A DNA stretch of 37,055 nucleotides from Mesotaenium endlicherianum (taxonomy: Eukaryota): assembly GCA_009602735.1 (NCBI GenBank), contig WELA01003054.1, positions 522,952 through 560,006 on the forward strand, written 5' to 3'. Positions 10,363-20,953 of this stretch are shown piece after piece (positions within the stretch are counted from its first letter, which is position 1; each line of letters begins with the position of its first letter). The translations under genes were made by a program, and so were the position numbers. Under the pieces are notes generated by a model. That model was not told the DNA's origin. It saw nothing but the letters and a program-made list of their open reading frames with translations, and made no database searches.

Positions 10363-13300
10363 TCAATTTTTCCTCTTTCTTGTTCTTGCAGGCTGCCTCC
10401 AAGGGGTCTTCTGCTGCTTCTTGATGGTGGCAGGCTGCCTCCCTGAAGTCTTCGGGCTTCTAGTAGAGAGACTTGGGGCTGGTCCAAGATGGGGGTTGGC
10501 GGCATGGAAGCGCTTCAACTTTCTCTGAACTTTGTCAAGGTAGTGCGCCGCCACCCAACTATTCTCCGAATCTGGATATCCTTTCCACTTGATCAAGTAT
10601 TGCTGCTGTCTCCTGAAATTTCTCATAGCCACTATGTCTTCCACTTCGTACTCCAAATGATCATCCACTATTGTTGGGGCTGGTGGGGTTGTCACACGTC
10701 CTGGGAACTTGTTGTCGGGTTGCACATATGGCTTGAAGAGGGAAGCGTGGAATACGGGGTCGATGTGCATAGTCTGGGGAAGTTCTAGCTTGAAAGCAAC
10801 GGGGTTGACTTGCTGGATAATCTTGAAGGGTCCCAAATACTTGGGAGAGAACTTGCTGCCGGCAGGCCTGTTGTTCAGGGAAATGTTCTTGGATGATAGT
10901 AACACGTTGTCACCCACTCTGTACGTAATTTCTCTTCTGGATCTGTTCGCCACTCTTGCTTGAGCATCTTGCGCGTGTTGTAGAGCTTTCTTCGCTGCTG
11001 TAAGGGCTGCTTCTAATGTCTCCATAAAATCTGTGGCTGCAGGTACTTCATCATGGCCAGCCGTGAAGCTCAGTGGCGTGGTCGGATGGAAGCCATAGTT
11101 GAGGAAGAATGGGGACTCTTGGGTAGAGGCCTGCGTAGTGTTGTTGTAGGCAAACTCGAGGGGGGTCAAGTACATGTCCCAGTCTTGCTCGAGGGTAGAC
11201 ACGTAGGCCTTTAGAGAGGTCTTTAGGGTACGATTCATACGCTCGGTTTGCCCATCTGATTGTGGGTGGTAGGCAGTAGACATATCCAGCGATGTACCCA
11301 AGTTCTTGAAGAGATTTTTCCAGAAATGGCTTGTGAATCTTGGATCTCTATCTGACACAATTCTTGATGGTAGTCCATGGAGTCGGAAGATGTTGTCAAA
11401 GATGAGTCTTGCAAGTTGTGGTGCTGTAGCCTTAGTCGTCGTGGGAATAAAATGAGCCATCTTGGTAAGTCTGTCCACCACCGTGAGTATTGCATTATGG
11501 CCTCGAGGTGTCACGGGCAAGTCCACGATAAGGTCCATTGAGATGTCCGTCCATTGTCTTTCGGGGATTGGTAGTGGTTGGAGGAGTCCTCCCGCCTTTT
11601 GCGATGATGGCTTGATTCTTTGGCATGTGTCACAGCTCCTGCAGTACTCCTTGACTTGCTTAGACATGCCTGGCCAACAATAAGTCCTAGCTAGAACGCC
11701 CGTGGTCCTTAGGATTCCAAAGTGTCCTCCAAGAGGGTTGTCGTGTGCTTCTCGTAGAAGCAAGAGCCGGAGGTCTAAGTCATTAGGAACACATCTCTGG
11801 CCCGTATCTTGCCTCACCCAATAATTGCCTTCTTGCTTCTTGCATGGGTCCAAGGCTGCTTCTCCGTTCTTGTAGTAAGGGTCTCTTTCATAGGCGGCTG
11901 AAAATCGAGCTTCCAGATCTGTCTTCAGGGATACCATCACTGCATTTAATTGCAGTCTTGAGAGGGGGTCAGCCGGGTTTGTCTTGCCGGGCTGGTACTG
12001 AATCGTGATGTTGTATTGTTGCAAGTATCCGCTCCATCTTGCTTGTCTCCTTGAGAGATACGGCTGCGTTTGGAGGTGCTTTAACGCCTCGTGGTCCGTG
12101 GTGACCAGTACTTTGCGTCCTTCAACGTAGCAGCGCCAAACCTTCAAGGCATGTACAATCGCCAATGCCTCTCGCTCCGTGGTTGTATAATTTTGCTCGG
12201 CTGGATTTAGCTTCCTTGACTCGTAGGCGATGGGCTGCAGTCCCTTGCCTTGGTCTTGAAGCAGGATTGCTCCTATTGCATAGGAAGATGCATCGGTGAT
12301 GACGTGGAAGGGCCAATCTGGGTTTGGACTTGGGAGTGTGAGCACCGGGGATGTGGTCAATCTTCGCTTTAACTCTTGAAATGCCTCTTCCTCTTTCTCG
12401 GTCCATGTATATAGCCTGTCCTTCTTGAGTAGATCTGTCAGGGGGGCTGCTATGTGCGAGAAGCCTTGGATGAATTTTCTGTACCAATTGGCAAATCCCA
12501 AGAATGACTGGAGTTCTTTCTTGGTCGTGGGGGTTGGCCATTCCTCCACCACCGTGGTCTTCTTGGGGTCCATCTTGATGCCATCAGCAGTCACGTGGAG
12601 ACCTAGGAACTCCACTTCTTGTTTGGCAAACTCGCACTTTGACTCCTTCGCAAATAGCTTGTTTTGCTTCAATACTTCAAGGACTTCTTTCAAGTGTCTC
12701 GCATGCTCTTCAAGGGTCTTGCTGTAGATAAGGATGTCATCGATGAATACCACCACAAATCTGTCCAACATGGGCTGAAATATGGTGTTCATCATAGTCA
12801 TGAAAGTTGCTGGCGCGTTGGTGAGTCCAAATGGCAGGACCATGAACTCAAAATGTCCATATCTTGTCCTGAATGCCGTCTTCTCTATGTCCGGTTCTGC
12901 GATGCGAATCTGGTGGTAGCCGCTCCGTAAGTCAATCTTCGTGAAGTACTTGGCTCCAACCAGCCGGTCCATGAGCTCATCCATGCGCGGCAGCGGGTAT
13001 CGATTCTTGATGGTGATCTTGTTGAGGGCGCGATAGTCCACACACATCCTCAAGGTACCATCTTTCTTCTTGACAAATAGCACCGGGGCTCCAAATGGCG
13101 ACTTGCTAGGTCGAATGAAGCCATGCTCCAGTAGCTCCTTGATTTGCTTCTTGACTTCGTCTAGCTCCGTGTATGACATTTTGAACGTAGGCCGAGAGAT
13201 GGGCTTGCTTCCGGGCTCCAACTCTATCTTGTGGTCTACGAATCTTTTGGGGGGTAGGCCCTTGGGCAATTCCGGGGAGAACACTTCTTTGTAGTCCTCT

Positions 13301-13971
13301 AAGACTTCTTGTATCTCCTTGGGAACGGGGCTGCCTTCTTGACTCTCGATGTCTTTCTTGATGTCTTTTGGCGTGATCAAGGCCAAAAGAAGCTCGTGTC
13401 CCTTCCTCACAAGTCTCTTGAGTTGGAGGGCGGACAATAGTATCTCGTGTGCCGGCTTCTGGATGTCTTGGGTCTGGATATTCTGGATTGCGCGCAAAAT
13501 ACAGATTCTTGAAGTGATGTCATTCTTGATCTTGATAGTACCGGTCCTCCAATCAACTTGGGGGTTGTGCTTGGTCAACCAAGGCGTCCCTAGGATGACG
13601 TCGTACTTGCCCAATTGCATGGGGGAGAACACTACTCTATCCTTGAAGGACTTGATAGAGAGTGCCAAGGGGTACGTCTTCTTGGAAGGGGTAGTATAGG
13701 AGAATCCATCGGGCATCATAATCTCCTCGTCGTGGTCAAGAGTTCGCATAGTAATACCGTGCTTGGTGGCAAAATCTGCAGCAATGAAGTTGCCTTGAGC
13801 TCCGCTATCCACCAAGATGTGGACCTTCTCTCCTCCAAGGTAACCTCTCAAACTCATTGGGGCTGGAACGTCGTCTTCAACGGGGGTCTCCACCTCACTT
13901 GGCGTGTTGCCTTCTCGTGAAGTGGGTCTTGGGGTGGTAGGCTCCTGGCCTACCGGCGCTGTCCGTTTTTT
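10363..13971 (-). CDS. pol: Pol polyprotein of element B (PR-RT-RNase H-INT-chromodomain), probably expressed by -1 frameshift from gag
   Basis: Open frame of about 1200 codons: ILVDSGA (PR), [29 protein letters not shown] (RT), TDAS..ERE..TDH (RH), [12 protein letters not shown] and DDE core, [22 protein letters not shown] (CHD). Confidence 0.97.
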   Translation of the reverse strand, partial: KKRTAPVGQEPTTPRPTSREGNTPSEVETPVEDDVPAPMSLRGYLGGEKVHILVDSGAQGNFIAADFATKHGITMRTLDHDEEIMMPDGFSYTTPSKKTYPLALSIKSFKDRVVFSPMQLGKYDVILGTPWLTKHNPQVDWRTGTIKIKNDITSRICILRAIQNIQTQDIQKPAHEILLSALQLKRLVRKGHELLLALITPKDIKKDIESQEGSPVPKEIQEVLEDYKEVFSPELPKGLPPKRFVDHKIELEPGSKPISRPTFKMSYTELDEVKKQIKELLEHGFIRPSKSPFGAPVLFVKKKDGTLRMCVDYRALNKITIKNRYPLPRMDELMDRLVGAKYFTKIDLRSGYHQIRIAEPDIEKTAFRTRYGHFEFMVLPFGLTNAPATFMTMMNTIFQPMLDRFVVVFIDDILIYSKTLEEHARHLKEVLEVLKQNKLFAKESKCEFAKQEVEFLGLHVTADGIKMDPKKTTVVEEWPTPTTKKELQSFLGFANWYRKFIQGFSHIAAPLTDLLKKDRLYTWTEKEEEAFQELKRRLTTSPVLTLPSPNPDWPFHVITDASSYAIGAILLQDQGKGLQPIAYESRKLNPAEQNYTTTEREALAIVHALKVWRCYVEGRKVLVTTDHEALKHLQTQPYLSRRQARWSGYLQQYNITIQYQPGKTNPADPLSRLQLNAVMVSLKTDLEARFSAAYERDPYYKNGEAALDPCKKQEGNYWVRQDTGQRCVPNDLDLRLLLLREAHDNPLGGHFGILRTTGVLARTYCWPGMSKQVKEYCRSCDTCQRIKPSSQKAGGLLQPLPIPERQWTDISMDLIVDLPVTPRGHNAILTVVDRLTKMAHFIPTTTKATAPQLARLIFDNIFRLHGLPSRIVSDRDPRFTSHFWKNLFKNLGTSLDMSTAYHPQSDGQTERMNRTLKTSLKAYVSTLEQDWDMYLTPLEFAYNNTTQASTQESPFFLNYGFHPTTPLSFTAGHDEVPAATDFMETLEAALTAAKKALQHAQDAQARVANRSRREITYRVGDNVLLSSKNISLNNRPAGSKFSPKYLGPFKIIQQVNPVAFKLELPQTMHIDPVFHASLFKPYVQPDNKFPGRVTTPPAPTIVDDHLEYEVEDIVAMRNFRRQQQYLIKWKGYPDSENSWVAAHYLDKVQRKLKRFHAANPHLGPAPSLSTRSPKTSGRQPATIKKQQKTPWRQPARTRKRKN
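13936..13971 (-). promoter_or_regulatory. Predicted -1 ribosomal frameshift signal of element B
   Basis: A_AAA_AAC in gag frame (13971-13965), followed 10 nt later by stem GGTAGGC-CAGGA-GCCTACC, which contains the gag stop; pol is in the -1 frame. Confidence 0.78.
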
Positions 13972-15230
13972 GACAACTTTTTGGGGCATGAAAGTGCACG
14001 ATGGCCCTTTTCCTTGCAATAAAAGCATAGTCCAGCCGTCATGAGAGCTTCTTTTTCAGCCGGGGAGAGTCTTGCTTTCACTCCTTGCTGGTTTCTTGCA
14101 TCATAAGTGTCATTGGAGGGTCTTCCACTCTTCCGGGCAGCCGCGGGGTCCCTTTTAATAACTCCGATTTCCATGGGTGTGGGTCCAGATTCGGATGTGG
14201 AAGGGGCTGCGTACACCCGCGTCGTCGGTACCCGTGAAGATGAAGGCACGGAGTGCTTGAAATCCAAGGTATCCACCTTTTGGGCCACTTCAATGATCTT
14301 TGAGAAGTCCGTCAAGTCGCGTAACTCCACTTCCTTTGCCACCTTGGGTTTGAGGCCAAAGATGTAGCGGTCAATCTTCTCCTCGAGAGACATGTTGGGG
14401 ATCTCAAGAGTGAGGGCGTGAAATCTGGATGTATACTCTTGAACGGACGTCGTTTGCTTGAGATGGTGGAGCTTTCCTCGGGCAATCTTCTCCGCATTGA
14501 TGGGCATGAATTGCTTCTTGAGGGCCTCACGAAAATCTGCCCATCTTGCATATGATGGTGGGGGCTCTTGGCCGAGCATGGGGTGCGCCATAGCTTGATA
14601 TATAGCCGCTTGATAGTTACGCCACCATGATGTTGCTGCTCCTCTAAGTAAGGTAACGGCAAAGGGAACGTAGTCCTCCTCGGGTACTTCAAGGAATGCG
14701 AGGTACGTCTCCACTTGGTAGAGCCATAAATTCAGGTTGGCACCTTTCCCGGGGTTGAAAGTGTCGGGTTTGCCGGGCTTGATGAGTTTCCTTGCTCTCG
14801 TTGGCTCTTGTGGAGGCGCTTGAGCCGGGGCTGGATTTTGAGCATTGCTCGCAATAGGGGCAACCATGGCAGCCATAGCTTCTCTTGACGCTTGCACGGT
14901 TGCTTCATAGGTGGCCAAGCCCACTTGGTTGTGGACGGTCATTAGGAAGGCTGCCCACTCATTTGCGGGAACTCCTTGTGGTGGGGTCAACTTTGCTATA
15001 GCGGCTGCCACGGGATTTGACGGTGCTCCTCCTTGTGGTGCTTCTTGTTGTTGGAGATTTCCTTGAGTAGGCTCTCCCATCGACGCTGGAGGAGGGTGTG
15101 CTCCTCCTTGTGGTGCTTCTTGTTGTTGCAGATTTTCTTGAGTGGGCTCTCCCATCGGCGCTGGAGGAGGGTGTCTTGGAGAGGAAGGGCTTCCTTCGAA
15201 AGCTTGCTGTTGGTCTTGAGGATCGGCCAT
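13950..15230 (-). CDS. gag: Gag of element B (426 aa)
   Basis: [39 protein letters not shown] knuckle [14 protein letters not shown]; starts 24 nt after the PBS. Confidence 0.97.
   Translation of the reverse strand: MADPQDQQQAFEGSPSSPRHPPPAPMGEPTQENLQQQEAPQGGAHPPPASMGEPTQGNLQQQEAPQGGAPSNPVAAAIAKLTPPQGVPANEWAAFLMTVHNQVGLATYEATVQASREAMAAMVAPIASNAQNPAPAQAPPQEPTRARKLIKPGKPDTFNPGKGANLNLWLYQVETYLAFLEVPEEDYVPFAVTLLRGAATSWWRNYQAAIYQAMAHPMLGQEPPPSYARWADFREALKKQFMPINAEKIARGKLHHLKQTTSVQEYTSRFHALTLEIPNMSLEEKIDRYIFGLKPKVAKEVELRDLTDFSKIIEVAQKVDTLDFKHSVPSSSRVPTTRVYAAPSTSESGPTPMEIGVIKRDPAAARKSGRPSNDTYDARNQQGVKARLSPAEKEALMTAGLCFYCKEKGHRALSCPKKLSKNGQRR
15023..15172 (-). repeat. 75-bp (25-aa) tandem duplication in the gag N-terminus
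   Basis: PPPA(P/S)MGEPTQ(E/G)[12 protein letters not shown] twice; units start at 15023 and 15098. Confidence 0.9.
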
Positions 15231-15254
15231 CTTCTTGTGCTACCAAAGTGCCTA

Positions 15255-15266
15255 GCTCCGATACCA
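15255..15266 (-). other. Primer binding site of element B (initiator tRNA-Met type)
   Basis: Minus strand TGGTATCGGAGC, 1 nt after the 5' LTR. Confidence 0.9.
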
Positions 15267-15267
15267 C

Positions 15268-15770
15268 TGTAGTGAAACAGATAGATAAAGTACTTAGTAA
15301 AACAGAATACTTTATCTATTCAAGACAAGGATCTTTGAACACAAGTGGTAGCTTCTTGAAAGAGAGATGGCTTCTTGAAAGTTAATATATTTCTGGATTT
15401 TGGCAAGTACAAGAGTGATTCTGGAATGTCTTTCTATGTTCTAGCTCTTGTTTATATACTTGCTACATAAGTAATTTCTAGGAAGGTGTATGTTGATGTG
15501 TTGGCACCCAACACATCCCAAAACTTGCCACCTCTTTCTAGAATAATGTACACATGTCCTTTTGACCTAAAAATGGCACATCTGACTTTTGCCACATGGA
15601 GTTCTTCTAGGTCTTTCCTCTAACTTCGAAAATGCCTTGGAAGGTTCAAAGGACATGAACCAAGTTACTAGAGTACCTATTCACACTTGACTCCACACCA
15701 TACTACTCCAAATATATTTGAAAACATTAAAATATATGCAAACTAACGTATAATAACTCAAATCACTACA
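15268..15770 (-). repeat. 5' LTR of element B (503 bp)
   Basis: Direct repeat of 9091-9593, adjacent to the PBS. Confidence 0.97.
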
Positions 15771-15775
15771 CCTTG

Positions 15776-16015
15776 GCTCATGTCATGCAACATCCTTCCG
15801 GGATGCCGGTATATGTACCTGTCAGTTTGAGGGCTGCCCAGGAGAAGGCTGCCTTCCTTCAGTTTCAGACTGTGCAGGAGGAAACAGCCCAGTTACTGCG
15901 TTCTCCGCCGGGTCCTTACACGGAACCCCCTTCTCTAACAGGCTTCAAAAGACCCCAAGACAGGAGGAGGTCTGGCTCTCCTGAGCATAGGGCCTCAGGG
16001 ACATTTCCCTCCTAA
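15776..16015 (+). pseudogene. ORF3 of element C, 3' part
   Basis: Removing element B and one CCTTG joins ...HVPL to AHVMQHP... in frame, ending at TAA 16013-16015. Confidence 0.8.
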
Positions 16016-16087
16016 GGGCAACAGGCTGGGAATAAGAGGGACAGCACGCTGTTATTAGTGATAGTGTTGTCGAGACGACAACATGAT

Positions 16088-16100
16088 AAGTTGGAGGGAT
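16088..16100 (+). other. Polypurine tract of element C
   Basis: AAGTTGGAGGGAT directly before the 3' LTR TGTAATG. Confidence 0.8.
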
Positions 16101-17569
16101 TGTAATGAATCAGTATACTGGTCGATACAATATTCATTTAAATAATATAGTTAAATTGAAAGGGGCAAAGTGCCCTAGTGGAAGCGTAGTGACTCACGAG
16201 GAAAGGAACTAGTTGCCATCATACTAGAGAGTGCAGCGGCATATCACTAACAAAGCTTAGGAAAATTACTTGACATTTTGAGTAGCAAGAAACTGCTCAC
16301 AAATGATGTAGGATGAAAGGCCTTGACATTACAAACCCGTAGAAATTTACAGAAGTGAAAACTGATAAGAAACAAAGAAGTTATGCCTATTTATAATTTT
16401 CTGCCTAAGTGCTCCTCCCTAGGAGGAAGCTACGGATTTTCCTAAGTGTTCGTCAAATCGTCCCTTCCAGAATATTCGTGAGTAAGCCAGATCAGTCTAA
16501 TCTGACGTGTCGGGCCGAATTGACGTCCACATACATGCATCGACATTACTAGAATATTCTATCTTAGACGCGCTAGGCTAAACCGAAACTTCTAGGTAAA
16601 TCGACCTAGTCGGCACTCCGCGTCAGCCGAACTTACGTGAAGGTTCGAGTTCATTCTAACGGGCCAGATCGCTCGACGCTGTCGGTCAATCCGACGGTCG
16701 CGCTCACCGCGAATTAAGGACAGTCGTCAACCGACCAGAAAACTAATTAAACTTCGGAAATCCATAACTCTCTCAATACTTGACCAAATTCGATGAACTT
16801 TATATCAAAATGACCACAAAAATGCACTCTACACTACTATACAATCAAAACATACTTTCATGATACTCAAAAATGCACATCATAAACCTATGACCTTACA
16901 TAAATAAGTTCAGCCTGCTGAACTCTAGTTAACAATCAGTCTGCTGGACTTTATACTTAGTACCAGTTTAATGACTTGGGCGGAAGTAGCAGGCTGAGGT
17001 CACCTTAAGTCAGCTTGCTGACACATTCTTTGACAGCCAGCTGACTTCCGTACTCGGTAGCAGCGAACTGCCTCGATATGCATCTAAGTGTGGTATGCTA
17101 GATGAATGGCCAGATGACATCCCTATGATGGATGGCGATTCGGGATGATGGGAGATGGCGGTGGATTTGGTTAACCGAGGTCCTACCAACGTGGTTAACT
17201 CCCGGGTAGGCGGTGCCATCGCACTGACCGTTGAACAGTAAACTCATTCCATGTACATACGCTAGACATTGCTCTCGAGTTCGGCATTCGGAAACGAGGC
17301 CAACTCTCTTGTACAGCTTACTGAGAGAGATCTGAATCCAAGGCAAGAAGCCATTGATACGCACTGTCTTCTAACCTTGCTTATGTATGAGTTCACTGAT
17401 TTGCATTATTGATGCTAGTTTACTCTCATTTGACGGACGAGTATTATTCACTGCTAGCGTATTGTCCTTTGCTGTTTAAACAGTTGACGAAAATATCATA
17501 AAGATTACTTGCTGATATAAAGATCTTTATTAATTGTTAATCGCCTATTTGGTAAGACAATTCATTTCA
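16101..17569 (+). repeat. 3' LTR of element C, split by a solo LTR (LTR parts 16101-16156 and 16906-17569)
   Basis: Matches 2309-3028 once 16157-16905 is removed. Confidence 0.95.
16157..16900 (-). mobile_element. Solo LTR of family A (744 bp), inverted
   Basis: TG...CA ends, TSD TAAAT (16152-16156 and 16901-16905); reverse complement aligns with 2074-2308 plus 17575-18075. Confidence 0.95.
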
Positions 17570-17574
17570 GATGT

Positions 17575-18075
17575 GGCCCGTTAGAATGAACTCGAACCTT
17601 CACGTAAGTTCGGCTGACGCGGAGTGTCGACTAGGTCGATTTACCTAGAAGTTTCGGTTTAGCCTAGCGCGTCTAAGATAGAATATTCTAGTAATGTCGA
17701 TGCATGTATGTGGACGTCAATTCAGCCTGACACGTCAGATTAGACTGATCTGGCTTACTCACAAATATTCTGGAAGGGACGATTTGACGAACACTTAGGA
17801 AAACCCGTAGCTTCCTCCTAGGGAGGAGCACTTAGGCAGAAAAATATAAATAGGCATAACTTTCTTGTTTCTTATCAGTTTTCACTTCTGTAAATTTCTA
17901 CGGGTTTGTAATGGCAAGGCCTTTCATCCTAGTTCATTTGTGAGCAGTTTCTTGACACCCAAAATGTCAAGTAATTTTCCTAAGCTTTCTTAGCAATATG
18001 CCGCTGCACTCTTTAGTATGATTGCAACTAGTTCCTTTCCTTGTGAGTCACTACGCTTCTACTCTGCCCCTTTCA
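17575..18075 (+). repeat. 3' LTR of element A, right part
   Basis: Continues the LTR after TSD GATGT; ends GCCCCTTTCA like the solo LTR; reconstructed length 736 bp. Confidence 0.92.
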
Positions 18076-18767
18076 TTCAGCATCAGCATAAATACAATCA
18101 TAAGCGCCCGTCGACAACTTTTTGAAACTAAGATATTCGTCAATAATTCGAGATTGTTTTATTCATTTTGACCAATTGGAAATATGAAATCCTATATATA
18201 TGTGTATATCAAACGTTGTCTCGTGAGGGTTTTGGAGATAAAAAATCCACAATAAGTCTTCTTTTTGTCCAAGCTCGATTATATGATTGAATCTCGTAGC
18301 TTTTTAAATGAATCAATTCAGTCCATTTTGTGACTAGCACATTTTCAAGGTGTAACTGGACATGAGCTTCTCATTGCAACATTAGTAAAGTCATTTGGTC
18401 AAGACCAAAAGACAAGACCGCTTATTGGTGTTGCTCAATTAGTGCTTGCTGTTACTACCAATGCGTAAATGACAAACACGTCGAACATTTCTAAACCACC
18501 CTTGCGAGATTAATGCGTACTTTGGCAAATGTGTGACGTCTATTATCAACACATTTGTCGCTTTGTAGGTATGTGATGTAAGAGACACTTTCAACGCGTA
18601 AAAATAGTTCCAAAGAGTTCCTGGATGGAAGAAGCAACGGCATGGACGAGGCAGTAAAATCAAGTGTGTAGAGGGAGGGCGAAGTCAAAATTAGTTATAA
18701 ACTCTACCGACATATTTGCGATCAAAGGAAGGCCAATAGCTGACTACTTCTATAGGCAACCCTTGAC

Positions 18768-18998
18768 CATGGGGTGGTAACTCCCCTTGAAAATTTGGGT
18801 GAAATAGCGCCCCAAATTAAAAGATTAAAAATAGCGATCTGAAATTAAAAATTTCTACAGTGAATTAGCGTCCTTAAATCAAGTAAAAATGTCTCAATAG
18901 CGACCTTAAGTCAAACATAAGAAACTTTTGAGAGGATTCAAAATTTTAGGACCTTGAATTCAAAAATCGGGAAAATGAGCGCTAGTTTTCACCCCATG
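18768..18998. mobile_element. hAT-type non-autonomous DNA transposon (MITE), 231 bp
   Basis: TIRs CATGGGGTGgtAACT / AGTTTTCACCCCATG (13 of 15 match), 8-bp TSD CCCTTGAC (18760-18767 and 18999-19006), repeated internal TAGCG motifs. An 8-bp TSD is the hAT hallmark. Confidence 0.88.
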
Positions 18999-20913
18999 CC
19001 CTTGACAGTTGCTTCTAGCTCCACACTCTAAAAGAGCCAAAGCGGTTTTCGGGTCCAGAAATCGTCTTCCCGAATGTGCCACTTCCGCTAAAGATATTCC
19101 AAAGAAGGAATTCCAGACTGGAACCACTTATGAATTTAGTACTGAAACGTATCGCGGTTAACTTAAGTCCGGGTCCAATTTTAGTAAAGTTTCAGTATTC
19201 TTGTGGGGATAAGGCGATTTGATTATTTAAAAAGATTCAACTGACCAGAGCATTCACCCAAGATTAAGACGCCTTTCGGATTGAGACTAGACGCGCTTCG
19301 GGTGTGCCTACACGCTTGCAAATTCGCGCTCGCACTTTTGGGGTGTGCGAGGGAGGTGTTATTCATTTCATGATTTTACTTATCAATACCGGTCCAATTA
19401 GATGACTCTAACTACTCGCTACCGCGTGGCACAGTTGCCTATCCGCCACCTCCGCATTGTACTTGACTTTCCAACGAACTTAGCCAACTCGCTCACATTC
19501 CGAACAAGTTTCTACCTTCGCCCTCTTACCTCATTCGTGTGAGGGAGATGCTGTTGAAAGACTGTTGGGCGCGCGCGCATATGCATTCGAAGGAGGTGCC
19601 GGTACTCTTGTGAGGTCATTGGCTTTCAGACTTGGTTTGACATGGGTTAAAAAATAGCACCTCATTGGTGCAACATCTAGGAAATCGACGATTGTTTTGT
19701 TCATTGAGTATAAAACTGCCTGGAAATATTTTCTTATTGAACCCTTGGTTCATGTGTTTAAGACTTTGGATCTCAAAGGAAATTGTGAATCAGCAATGTA
19801 AAGAACTGAAAACGTTTCCTCACGGAAGACATTTTCAGAACCGTGCTTCAGCAATTTGTGTTTTTAAATAAGGCCAGGAATTTGGTACGAGGAAACACAA
19901 ATTTCCTGTCGATGTGGGGGGAAGCGCAGGAAGCCATCTGAAATGTGTGAAAAGTTCGGATTCCGGGCTCAGATGAGCCTCCGGAGCGCTCAGAAATTAC
20001 TGGAGCCTCGATTTCAGTACAACTAGCAGTGAACGCCCGGAAAAGTGGGTGTCATTATCCTTTTGTACGGCCACTGGGCTTTTTTAGAGTGCAGGCACCA
20101 CCAGGCACGACGTGGGCACGACAGTAGATTCTGAAAGCAGCTGCCTTGGTCGGACGGCAGTCGTTCTCGACGTTCTTGACATGCGGTCATCTATTGGTGG
20201 CTTTGTTTGTCCCCATGCGGAATAATACCACGATACCTACATGCTTTCATGTATGATTGTAGTCAGGACGCATCTTGAGTTGTAGGATGGGCGATCCGGA
20301 CTGAAGAAAATATTTGCTAGATAGAAATCTAAAAAAGTCACTCTATTGCTTAAAACTGCTTGATACCTTTTTCCCAAACAATTCACGTGGATGCAGCAAT
20401 ATTGCGCTTTGGCTATGCAGTGTTTTGCTACGTTACCTCCCTTGTAGCCACACAGGCTCCGGAAATTTGCTGCAGATGTCAATTGCAGTACCGCCTGGTA
20501 TGACCTGGTACCACCAGAATTGACTTGTACAGACCAGAAAGTGTGCTCCAAATCACTCCAAAAAGAGCAGGTGCCAGGAGGTAGGCAAGCCTGAGGCAAG
20601 CGGTGCCTTATGGCTGCGTGTGCATAAGCTTGCACCGCTGATCCTCGTCCCATAACCCTGCTAAACGCAGTGGCAGGTAATGGCAGCCCGCAGGTAGTGG
20701 CACGTTAGGCACGTTATGGTGCCTTCGAACAAATTGTGCCAGATCTGGCCGGGATATGGTCATTGATCTTGGGTGTGGAATTGGATGGTCGGGGACAGTC
20801 GTGGACCAGGATGGACCAGCATGTATCTCAAGTTTCTCCATTGATTGCTTACGTCGTTGCATGCCAAATGCATGTGTGTTGTGCCGGCAAGAAGGCATTC
20901 CACGTTTCAAAGT

Positions 20914-20953
20914 AGCGCTGAGCAGCGCTAAGCAGTGCTGAGCAGTGCTGAGC
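20914..20953. repeat. 4 x 10-bp tandem repeat AG(C/T)GCT(G/A)AGC
   Basis: Directly visible in the sequence. Confidence 0.8.

Larger units (their letters stand above)
9091..15770 (-). mobile_element. Element B: full-length, apparently intact Ty3/gypsy chromovirus (6680 bp)
   Basis: 503-bp LTRs at 9091-9593 and 15268-15770, TSD CCTTG (9086-9090 and 15771-15775), PBS, PPT, uninterrupted gag and pol. Confidence 0.98.
2309..17569 (+). mobile_element. Element C: Ty3/gypsy chromovirus, RT-deleted, with extra ORF3; contains two nested insertions
   Basis: LTRs 2309-3028 and 16101-17569 (TG...CA), 5-bp TSD GATGT (2304-2308 and 17570-17574), PBS 3030-3040, PPT 16088-16100, gag-PR-(RH)-INT-CHD order. 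Confidence 0.95.

Noticed and set aside
13972..14028. Pol initiating at ATG 14028 as in the ORF track
   Set aside because: It lies inside gag upstream of a canonical slippery site; a frameshift fusion is more plausible.
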